Part shown: positions 11,100-21,178 of the stretch, piece after piece | Position numbering within the stretch: the stretch's first letter is position 1 | Layout of the letters: the number at the start of each line of letters is the position of its first letter | The notes under the pieces: model-generated | Told to the model about the DNA's origin: nothing | The model's database searches: none | What the model saw: only the letters and a program-made list of their open reading frames with translations | Assembly: GCA_024626585.2 (NCBI GenBank) | Contig: JANKJI020000002.1 | Span: forward strand, 271,250,313 to 271,277,642 | Direction of reading: 5' to 3' | DNA: 27,330 nucleotides | Origin: Ginkgo biloba | Taxonomy: Eukaryota > Plantae > Ginkgophyta | Position numbers and translations under genes: made by a program

Positions 11100-13135
11100 C
11101 AGGTAATTATGGGAATATTTTAGATGTCTACAATCACTATATTTCTATATAAAAGGCAAGGGTTTCATCCCTAGATCGTAGGTCTTAGCCTTGCGAAAGT
11201 ACTAACTGAAGAGTTTAACCATCGCTTAAAATTTTGACATAGAATAGGCAAGTAAATGATGAAACCATTTTAAAGATTTCCTCTTGAGAGAACAAGGGAA
11301 CATTTATTATAAATTTATTTTGAGCAAGTCTTAGAATAATCATCGATGTTTGCAGTAGGTTCACTCCTTGGGCAACCAAAAAAATGAGGAAACTCAAGAA
11401 GAGGATATGGAAATACCACCAATTGGATTATGTTACTTAAAGGGGTTGACATGTAATAAGTATAAGACTTCTTAAGAGGAGATATAGGTTTCACGAACAT
11501 ACTCTAGCTTATAGGATGAGGAGGAGGTATCACAACTATAGATGAACTTGTGATAAACGTGTAAGGTGGTTTAAGAACATAGTGGAGGTTGGGCATATTA
11601 AACCAAACTTAGGACCTACTTAAAAAGTTGTGTGAATGATGGAACAATGGGATATGAAGGCCCAAATTCATATGTAGGAAAGAAAAAAGGATATGGATAA
11701 GGATATTGATATGGGCTCCTGAATAATTGATCAAAGTGTTGAAATAATAGGGATGTGGCCAAGGGGGTTTGTTGCATCCCAGAAGAAACAAACGACCTTA
11801 TAATAGGATGGGATGAGCCCACAAGAACCCCAAGGTAAGGTGATACTAAACTAAAAGGGGTTACATTTAGCACTATAGGCAGTTGAACTATATGTGGAAT
11901 TTATCAAGAGGTACCTATATGTGGAGTTGATTGAGAGGGACCCATATATTTATTAAAAATGAGCATGGGATGCAGGTGGTGTAGAGCCACCTCGGATGTG
12001 GATCCCAATCAATATGGGATATGCTTCATAAGGAATGAAGAGTAACCATTGGAATCAACACTAGGAAACAAATATGGTCCCTCCACCTTATTATAGTGAG
12101 GTAGATTAACTGCCAAGGAAGAATGGGTGTCCACCTCAAAATGAGGGAATGCATGAGGAAACTCAAAAGACATAATCGGTGTATTAGGTTTAGAATGATG
12201 ACCTCTCGTGGGAGCTTGTAAGTGAGTAGGATTCTTAGAGGGTAGGACCTAAAGTATGCGTGACTAACAAACCTCATAGTTAAGGGGATTAGTATGTGGG
12301 TGAGACTCCATAGTGACAAGTGTCAAAGTGAGGATATTTATGTAAAATAAAAATTAAAAAGGTGAAGGGGATAGAATACCCTTCACTAAGATATCCTAAG
12401 AAAGTTCAACTAGGCAATTCATTGTAAATTATAGGAAGTATAAAAATAGGAAGATCTTGACTAAAATAGACAAGCAACTATGATAATCATCACTTGACTA
12501 CCTTACAAAATATGCGAGTAATACCTAAGATTCTAAGCTACCACACCCAAAATTAAGGTACTACACTGTTGAGGTGGTTTCCCCTAACATGTGTCATAAC
12601 CCAACCATAAAATTCTAATATAAACTTAAAGTAAAACTCTTAGGTGTTGGAGGAAGTAGAGACTCTAGTGCCCCTAGGGATAATGAGGATTCCTATGGGC
12701 CTCATAAAGGGATATTAGTGATGTGTGAACATCACTAATGATCCTTAGAGGACATGAATAGAGCCATCTTAGGCCACCAACATGAGCAACAAATTCTACA
12801 CTCCCTAGATGTATCTCATACCTTTTCTCCCAGGAATCACCCAAAGGAACAAGGTTCAGTAACAATTTCATAAGGATTTATAAAAATGGGTCCCCAAAAG
12901 GGAGAAAAGAAACACCTAACAATACCCTTCCTCAATAGTATTCATCTCTAATTGGCTAGGGGAAGAAAAACTAAAGGGTCCCTACTAGAATAGGGGGACT
13001 TAGTCCTAATAATGCAATACCAAGATTCAAATTTTAGATTTAACACCAAAGAACTTAGGATATACCTATAGACTTGAGTAAGACCTAATGTAGAATAAGG
13101 GAAATGGAAAGGTAGAGGTAGACTGTGACCTTGAC
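11100..13135 (-). mobile_element. Decayed internal region (5' leader/gag/protease) of a Tat/Ogre-like LTR retrotransposon
   Basis: It lies downstream of a PBS-like motif at 13136..13152. TLINYSGAHINIL at about 11.7 kb resembles the LIDSGAxINIL protease active-site motif. The region is CpG-depleted. Boundaries are approximate. Confidence 0.45.
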
Positions 13136-13152
13136 TCCCTAGTAAGTCACCA
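13136..13152 (-). other. Degenerate primer-binding site (Ogre/Tat-type TGGCGAC..CTGGGGA)
   Basis: The minus strand reads TGGTGACTTACTAGGGA, preceded by a short T spacer and a decayed LTR end (plus-strand TATA at 13157, expected TGTA). Several differences are transitions of the deamination type. Confidence 0.5.
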
Positions 13153-15108
13153 AAAATATACGAAAGAGTATGGTTTCCCTCAGTGTGTAATCTAATGGGT
13201 CGACCCAATCATAGATAAGGGTAATTACACCCTATACACACTGTAATGCACGTGATCATGTGCAATTGTGTGCAAAAAAAAATGTAAGTCAACATGAATG
13301 AATGCAAAATAGATAAAACTTACAACATATGCTTGCAAAAAATAAAGTTATTTACTCTAATTCAAAGCATTCTTTCATTTCAATAGTCAATACGCCACAC
13401 ATTGGCCTTCACAAATGTATACACAACATAATTATTTATGTTCTCTCCATGTCAAAAGATCTAAACCTTTCCTCTTTCTTTCCCTTTTTTATTTTCAATG
13501 AATTCAAATATGTAAACAAGCAAAAGACACCCAAAACCCAAACAATCTTAATTTAGGATAGGAAATAGAGATTACACTAACAATATGGAAGCAAGAAATA
13601 ATTCTTCTAAAGAGATCTGGAAAAGAATGGTTTGACCCAAAAGAGACAATAAAGGGAGAAAATAATCCTTATATGAAAGGGGAGCCTCAATTGCAATGCG
13701 AGTGTATCATAAAAGAGGCCGAAGGGGTTAGCTAAAAATTAGATTGAAAAATCTATTTTTTAGGCACAACTTAAATGTCAAAATGAAATAAATAGGAGTG
13801 ACCTTTCCTTTTGCTTTTTTATACCAATGAAAAATAGATTGAAATGAAATTATAAAATTGAAATATAATCTTGGAAGGGCATGCGATTGTGTCAAGAATA
13901 GAGAAAGAGGTGACCATGAAGATAGTTTCTCTTTTCTAAGTGGACTTTGTTGACAAATAAGGATAGCAATGGGGGATGAAATTCGGTGAGTAATTATATT
14001 ACATTCCAATGAATTTGTAATGGGGACACCTACCGGTTACTGAAGGAAACCCTAACCAGGACCCTAATAGGAAAATATTTATAGAATGGAAGGATGAAAA
14101 CCAAAAATAGTAGAGAATTCAAGTTCTAGCTCAAATTTAAATTTAACTACTTTTCATATTCCAATTTTATTTTAAACTAAGAAAAGAGCACAAATTGAAT
14201 TTAAAATGATCAAACCTCAGTTTATGAGAAAATGGCATATTGTAAGTTGATCAAACAAGCTCAAAAAGTCCTATCGATCCTCCTGTGGGCTTCCTCCTTT
14301 ACTTTGAATCTAGCATCACAATCCAAAGGTGGAGATACGACCATCAAGCTCATGGAAATCCTTCAACATGCTAGTTAAAGTATTTGACAAAATTATGAAC
14401 AAGAGTTCAAGGAAAGAATAAAGGACTTCACAACATAAATAGACCTAGGAGAGATTACAACAAGATAGGAAACACAAAATTGAGGAAGAGTAGAGGGTAG
14501 GGGATAGAAAATTAGTCAAAAACTACTATAATAGAGCCTATGGATGTGCTTCCAAAGAAATTTTGAAAATATAACCTTACATGAACCAATTGCCTCTTTT
14601 TGAAAATATAACTCATTAGACTCGTACAAATAATTATATATCCAAGCTGTTGAAATTAGAAATTGGTAAAATGAACAAGGAACCACACAAATTGATTGGG
14701 TTTGCCAGAGTACATTGGTGAAATTGCTGCACAAATGTTGTTTCAATAATGTTGGAGTGGTAGTTTTCCATATATTACTTAGATGATTGGCATTTCATAT
14801 ATTTATAATTAGATTTTATGTAGTAATTAATTATAAGATATTACATAGTGGTAGAAGAGATCAAAATGGCACTTTTATCACTATTTTTGTATATATTGTA
14901 ACTCACATTGTACTTAATAACAAACAAAGGCATTCTTTATGTATCATTTATGTGTATACATTTTGTAACTACCTTGTGTTTTATTGAACAGTCATTTTAA
15001 AATTTATTTTTACGTTATCACATATATTGTACAACATTTCCAATGAATGTGCGACTGTGAGTTAAATAAAAAGAAATAAGATAGGAGTCAGAAAATCATA
15101 ACGTGGCT

Positions 15109-15192
15109 ATTTATTATAAATGTTGGAGCAGAGTAGAATTGCCACGTCGAATTTATTATAAATGTTGGAGTAGAGGAGAATTGCCACGTCGA
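15109..15192. repeat. 42-bp tandem repeat x2, each unit with TTATAAAT and GCCACGTC
   Basis: ATTTATTATAAATGTTGGAG(C/T)AGAG(T/G)AGAATTGCCACGTCGA at 15109..15150 and 15151..15192, with 2 mismatches. Confidence 0.95.
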
Positions 15193-15272
15193 CATTTTAT
15201 CATGGATGTGTTTGATTTGATGGCACATAACATATCAATCACAAGGGAGATGAGTGTGCGTGTTTCCACATC

Positions 15273-15346
15273 TGCGCCCTTCAACTTGCAACACGCGGCA
15301 CCGTGCAGTTGGCACCGGTGCCGCGTTCTGCAAGTTGAAGGCCGCA
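15273..15346. other. 74-nt GC-rich inverted repeat / hairpin
   Basis: TGCGCCCTTCAACTTGCA pairs with TGCAAGTTGAAGGCCGCA (1 mismatch). ACGCGGCACCG pairs with CGGTGCCGCGT. A 2x2 internal loop separates the two helices and the terminal loop is short. Confidence 0.9.
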
Positions 15347-15611
15347 TAGTTCTGTAAGTTTGACTACGCTGTGATTCCTTGGGGATATGCAGAGGTGGAG
15401 GTGGAGGTGGAAGTGGTAGCAGAACTTACCAAATGAGAGAGCTAGAGCAACCAGCCAAAGTATATCGGATCGGAGGAGTCGGACCCACCTAAACCTAGGC
15501 AAATTGCAAATACAATATCACGCTTTTTCATAAATATAGAACATGTCAGCCTTTCCATAAATGAAAAATCGGAATTTTATACGCTTTTTCATAAATATAG
15601 AACATATAAGC

Positions 15612-15666
15612 ACCCGCCAATTTTGAATCAAAAATTTCAATTTTCAATTTTTTTGCTTTGGCGGGT
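15612..15666. promoter_or_regulatory. Inverted pair of E2F-consensus sites (WTTSSCGS) upstream of the H3-like gene
   Basis: CCGCCAAT at 15614..15621 (ATTGGCGG on the minus strand) and TTTGGCGG at 15657..15664, about 105-155 bp upstream of ATG15770. Confidence 0.55.
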
Positions 15667-15769
15667 AGCTTTTTTGTATTTATACACACTTTTGCATTCG
15701 TGTATTCACACCTCTTTGGCAGTCGGCATTTGTATTCGTGTATTGACACCTCTTTGGCAGTCGTCAGTC

Positions 15770-16292
15770 ATGGCACCAGTTCCCGCTAAAAAACAGTCCA
15801 GGAGACATTGGGCCGCAGCGTATTTATATACTATTCCTTCTTTTTTGTTTTTTTGGCAATTAATGGCATTTGTTATTTAAGTGGCACTGACAATGCTCTG
15901 ATTTTCTTTGTTTTTTTTTTTTATTATTATATGCAGAGAAGTTAAATATTACCGAAATACCACACATAGGCTGATTCCCGCCCTCCCCTTTCGGAGGATT
16001 GTGAGGGAAATTGCACATGTAAGTTTAAATATGACAGTTAGTTATTGCAAATGAAATTGTTTTTGTTTTTGTTTTTTATTGATAATGTTGTGATAATTGT
16101 GTCTCTATGCAGCCTCACATTCGATTCAGTGCTGATGCGTTTGAGGCTCTGCAAGAAATTGCAGAGTGTTATTTGGTAAATTATTTTGAGGGGGCCGAGC
16201 ATCTCCAAAAACATGCTAGAAGGAATACTTTAACCGTAGAGGATACCAGATGCTTACGATTTCTTATAAGCTTAATTAAGTCTGATCTTTAG
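15770..16292 (+). CDS. Divergent histone H3/CENH3-like protein, 103 aa; exons 15770..15819, 15937..16018, 16113..16292
   Basis: Spliced translation: MAPVPAKKQSRRHWAAAEVKYYRNTTHRLIPALPFRRIVREIAHPHIRFSADAFEALQEIAECYLVNYFEGAEHLQKHARRNTLTVEDTRCLRFLISLIKSDL*. H3 histone-fold motifs LIxxLPFxRxVREI, RF, ALQExAExYLVxxFE and HARRxTxxxxD are present. The two T-rich GT-AG introns (15820..15936 phase 2; 16019..16112 phase 0, GTAAGT...TGCAG) keep the frame open. Confidence 0.88.
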
Positions 16293-16458
16293 TATTGTAT
16301 TTGTCCCTCTTTTTTATTATGTAAATTTTTGTTTAAGGAGACGTACGTTCCATACTGCAAAATAAATAAAATATATCTCATTTTTTATGCCAAGGATATG
16401 ATTTATTTAGTTTGGTGAGAGCATGTTGCAGAGATCTTTATATGAATATATCATTGCT

Positions 16459-17155
16459 TTGGGGTTGTGTTCTGTAATGGTCATTTATATGAAGAATGGT
16501 CTGCAGCTTTAATGAATGAAATATTTGTTACTAGTAATTCAAATTTCTTTCTTGTGTTGTGTTGTGTGAGTATGAATCAAAAATACAAATTATATTTTTA
16601 TTGATTTCGCAAATTATATTTTCTTTCTAGTATCTTAGTCCATTAGGCCATAGACTATCCTTGAAAATATAATCCACCTATGCACTAGTAGGAAAAAACT
16701 AAATGACTGCAGTCCACTTGGCATTGATTGATCGCCCGAAACAGACAGCAATTACTTACATTTCTTTCTAAACATAGTTATTTACATACAGCAATTATTT
16801 ACATTTCTTTCTAAACACAAATTACTTATATTATTTCATTGGCGTTGTGTTGTGTAATGGTCATTTATATGGACAATAGTCTGAAGCTTTAATTACGAGT
16901 AATTCAAATTTAAGTCTTTTAAATTTAATTCTTTGTGTTTGTGTTATGTGAGTATGAATCAAAAATACAAATTAGATTTTTATAGATTTTGAANNNNNNN
17001 NNNNNNNNAGTATCTTAGGCCATAGCCTATCCTTGAAAATATAGTCCACCTATGTACTAGTGGGAAAAACTAAATGACTGCAGTTCACTTGCCATTGATT
17101 GATCGCGCGAGACAGACAGCAATTACATACATTTCTTTCTAAACATAGTTATTTA
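16459..17155. repeat. Tandem duplication with a period of about 380 bp (16459..~16784 and 16839..~17155)
   Basis: Shared blocks include TGTAATGGTCATTTATATG, GTGAGTATGAATCAAAAATACAAATTA, CTATCCTTGAAAATATA, AAAAACTAAATGACTGCAGT and CATTGATTGATCGC. Confidence 0.92.
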
Positions 17156-18536
17156 TGCATTCTAGAAAAAGACAAATTTTGGGGTGTTACAAAGTAGATT
17201 ATTAATAGAAAATGTCTCTATTCTAACATTTCTTTCTTGTCTCGTAATTACAAGGTAGATTTTATCAGGGAAAGTGAGAATGAGAATGAAGCACCTGGTA
17301 TTCAAACTGACTTCAACTTTTATTAAGATGATATCATTGGTAGGCTGTAGATTCGGCAATTAACAGAATTCGATAGTTACTATAGACAGTGGGTCATATC
17401 CCTTGTTTTAAAATTTCATTAAATATTCAACAAAGAGAAAGAGACTCGTAGAAGTCAACTCAGGATTTAAAGGCCTTAATAAGTGTAAGAAATTAATAAT
17501 CAGTGAAGATAATGTAAATGTCATTTGAAATCATTGAAGAAAACAAGACTAGTTACAGATTTCATGAAGAATGTAAACATTTTTTTAATCTTTGTTTAAT
17601 ATAGTGAAGATTGCCAAGATTGATGAAAATTTGAAGAAATGTCCTTTAGAAAAAGCTTGTTCTTACTCATTTTAATTATCTATGGCATGACAATTGGTGT
17701 TTTGTGTATTGTAATGGAGCTTGTTCTTATTGATGTTAATTATTTATGGTGAATTGTGGTAGGAAGTTTTTTAGCCATTTATTTTGATTTGTTTTAATCT
17801 ATTATTTCATAAGGGGATGATAAGAGGAGAAGACAATTATAAATAAAACATTGATTCCATTGGGAAAGAGTCACGTATAAGTCTACATCATTAAGCCTTT
17901 GTATAGATGAATTGAATTTGATTTGTACTATTCACTTACATGCAATTTTTATAATTCTTATAAATCTTGATTAGAATTCTCAAAAAGAAGTAGAGAATTG
18001 TTAGAATCTCATGGATTTAAGTGTTCAAGAGAGTAGTGGGAAGTCATTTTATTTAGCCATTCAATGATAATCAAGCCCAAATCCTTCAATCTTTCACTTT
18101 TTAAAATACGATTTTCACTTATGCTCATCTTTTTATTTGTATAGTTTATATAACACATTGTTATAATTATCTATCCTTGCAAAATCATTCTAAAGACTCA
18201 AAATTCAAATTAGAATGTCCTATAATATAATAGTCTCCTACATGTTTTAATACATTACAAAATACACAATAAATAAGATATGCAATCTTAACCCTTGTTT
18301 CAAATTACATCCTCATAATAAATTTGGATCTATTTGAGCTTTAATTTGTAGTGGTGCAAGTGATGGTGTAGTTCTTTCCACTTTCACTCTTTTCTCTTGC
18401 TTTTGCTACTATGTTTTCTAAATAGTGCTACAAAAAACGAATATACTTATTTGTTCAACTTGAGAGTTCACATTCTTGAAAACTTTAAAAATCTTTTGTT
18501 AAATATCTCTCATTTTGACATGGGGATGTTAAAATA

Positions 18537-18585
18537 TGTGTGTGTGTGTGTGTGTGAGATGATGATGGTCATGATGATGATGATA
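18537..18585. repeat. Compound microsatellite: (TG)10 followed by imperfect (ATG)n
   Basis: Read directly from the sequence. Confidence 0.9.
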
Positions 18586-18910
18586 ATCAGGAAAAAACTT
18601 AAGGGTGAATTATACCCAATTGGCAGATTTAAAAAAAAAATAAAATTGTATTTGGCAATTTTTAACATTAGATTATAAATGTTATATAGCCTTAGTAACA
18701 TTGAAAAATTAATAGTATAAATATAGATTAGCCAATAGATATAAACAAGAGGAGGACAAATTAGCCATTGGTTGAAGAAGGGCACCAAAATTATTTGCGA
18801 AATCGCCCGANNNNNNNNNNNNNNNNNNNNNNNNNNNNNNNNNNNNNNNNNNNNNNNNNNNNNNNNNNNNNNNNNNNNNNNNNNNNNNNNNNNNNNNNNN
18901 NNNNNNNNNN

Positions 18911-19620
18911 AAGCATAATTGTGCTTCACGAACCCATCAATAAGGACCTGACAATCAATCACTACACCAATCAAAGATGCCAAAGTTTGATGGCAAAGGA
19001 AAATGAGCAAAATTTTGTTCTTGGAGTGAAGTAGAAAGGTATTTTCAAGCATTTTAAACTAATTCTTGGTCAATTCTCTTTAGAGTAGGCAATTAGTATA
19101 TGTCGAGAAGGCATTGATCAACAAGTCCATACTCGAGAGAAGATGGTTATACTAATGACAAATGATTAAAATGAACCTTAGAAACAATTGGACAAGTTCA
19201 AGCAAACTACTTCGCTGGAAGATTATAGTCAAAAGTCGAAAGCTTAGTTGGTTTGGATGTTATGACTAATTTTATAAGTAGAAATCCACCATTTCGTCAA
19301 AGGATTGAACATGACCCTCAACCAAATTGTATCTCTACCTAACCTCGAGACAATGAAAGAAGCTATGAACAAGGGCCTTGCAACAACAAACATTACATGA
19401 AGAGCTCGATATAGGAGAGAAGAGCAAGGATCAAGGTTCATGAAAAAGAAATTCAAAGGCCAAGAATACCTAAGGAAAAATTCCAATGCAAGAAATTCAA
19501 CCAATTAAGGAACAAGCCAAATGATAGGCAAAGGGGAACTTCTATCTTTCCAAAATCAACAAAGAAGACAAGGATTACAAGTTCGAAGGAAATTTATACT
19601 TTAAGATCATCAAGACATGG
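18911..19620 (+). mobile_element. Ty3/gypsy gag (Retrotrans_gag-like) remnant
   Basis: LDKFKQTTSLEDYSQK (cf. LxxLKQTGSVxEY) and HFVKGLNMTLNQIVSLPNLETMKEAMNKG (cf. FVxGL...PxTLxEA), with stops and frameshifts. Confidence 0.65.
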
Positions 19621-21178
19621 ATTGCCCTCAAAACTGAATAAGAAAAGTGAACAAGGGGTTCTAACTTCTCACATGTTGTCCAGGGAGTGTTAGTTGCATT
19701 GTGGAGATCCAAGAGTTTTTTTTGTTTGGGGGGGTGTGGGGAGTAGAGTCTAGTTGGGGAGTGGTAGTCCTTAGGGTTACTTCACAATGGGGAGATTTTG
19801 CATTTGCACTCACTTGAAGATCTTGGTGAGATTGCGTGCACCTCATCTCTTCCATGTAATAATTTTTTCTTATTTGGCATTTTTTGGTGGACTGCAAGGA
19901 GTCATGACAAACCCACATAGGCTACAATAAGTAAAGAAGGGTCGCATGACACTACCAGACCATGCAACGAGTAAGGGAGGGTTGCAGACACACAAGGACA
20001 AGATGGGATACCAACACATAAGGAATAAGGTCAAAGGGATGCACTGGCAGCTATAGGGGCAAAGAAAGATACTAGGAGAGATTAGTAGAGGGGCATAATG
20101 ATGTAAGGACATAGGAAAAACATATAGATATTTAAGGGAGAACGAGGAAACAACTGGAGAAGGAGGGAAAATGCCCAGGCTATAGAAAAGTAGGAAAAAC
20201 CATACAAAAATAGAAAAAAATCACCATGTTACTCTTTTGGAAATGAATTTATAGAGGTATTTTTGACTCCATGTGAACCGTGGAATGGAAATTCACCAAA
20301 AATGATGAATAAAACTTGAATACTATAAGAAATCATGCATGAAACCACAAAAAAAAATATTTTATTCATAGAAAAATTACAATTTCACCATGGTTCAAAT
20401 TATAAAATGGACAAAGATGGCTCCCAATGAGTCAAACAAACAGTGTTATGTAGAAACTATAATAGGAAAGGTTTCATAGATTTGGAAACCAACCAGCAAT
20501 AAAAAAATTTCCCTCTCTTCTAAAAACTGCCAACTGGGGACAACTCCTTCTCATATAAAACTAAAGATCCATCCTATTGTAAGTTTAACAATGCTTCCCA
20601 CAAACTCTTCTCTCCTATTTCTCAACATAAAATCAAAAAGTTATCCTCCTCCCTACAGCTACTCCCTCTACCAAAAATATTATTCTCCACCAAAGAAAAT
20701 TGGATCCACTCCCAAACACATTCACCACCCTTCAACTCCACACCATCCACTTCCTCCTTCAAGCAAGCTCCCCATTAAAGGTGATGGGACTTTAATTGAA
20801 GACAAAGTGAGGTGCCTTGCAAGGGTGTCCATGATACCATAATAACAAAGCCAACAAAAATAATAAAACCCTCAATAAGGCGGCTCCATATAATTTAAGC
20901 CATACCAACCTCATTAATAAAATTATGATAATAATAAACTATTTTACACAAAGGTTTCTCTAATAAAAAGAATGCAACTAAATAATACCAATTTCTAACA
21001 TAAAAAAGGGCACCTAGCCCAATGAATTGGATATCTATAACAAGAGAAAAAAAATACATGTCCACAAGGATAACCAAGNNNNNNNNNNNNNNNNNNNNNN
21101 NNNNNNNNNNNNNNNNNNNNNNNNNNNNNNNNNNNNNNNNNNNNNNNNNNNNNNNNNNNNNNNNNNNNNNNNNNNNNN

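Noticed and set aside
15103-15357. 84-aa ORF and antisense ORF 15156..15347 with self-similar sequence
   Set aside because: Explained by the 42-bp tandem repeat and the hairpin symmetry. Its donor phase (2) does not fit the acceptors next to the H3-like ATG.
15393-15459. Gly-rich segment (GGGGGGSGSRTYQMRELEQPAK) as an extra N-terminal exon
   Set aside because: It would need a 39-nt upstream intron, too short for plants, and the Gly run is a (GGAGGT)n simple repeat. Kept only as a caveat.
15109-15763. Short direct repeats as a CRISPR-like array
   Set aside because: Each repeat occurs only twice, the units are unrelated to each other, the context is eukaryotic and there are no cas genes.
15770-16292. 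Calling the gene canonical CENH3 or H3.3
   Set aside because: The short loop 1, retained F84, missing tail and non-basic C-terminus do not fit CENH3, and the divergence is far too high for H3.1/H3.3.
17161-17165. CTAG as a Helitron 3' end
   Set aside because: No GC-rich subterminal hairpin 10-20 nt upstream, and the next base is A rather than T.
18510-19052. Longest ORF in the track (180 aa) and other X-containing ORFs
   Set aside because: Artefacts of reading through N-gaps and microsatellites.
20832-20839. TGGTATCA (tRNA-iMet PBS core) on the minus strand; also on the plus strand at 8089..8096
   Set aside because: Only 8 nt match, and no paired LTRs could be identified.
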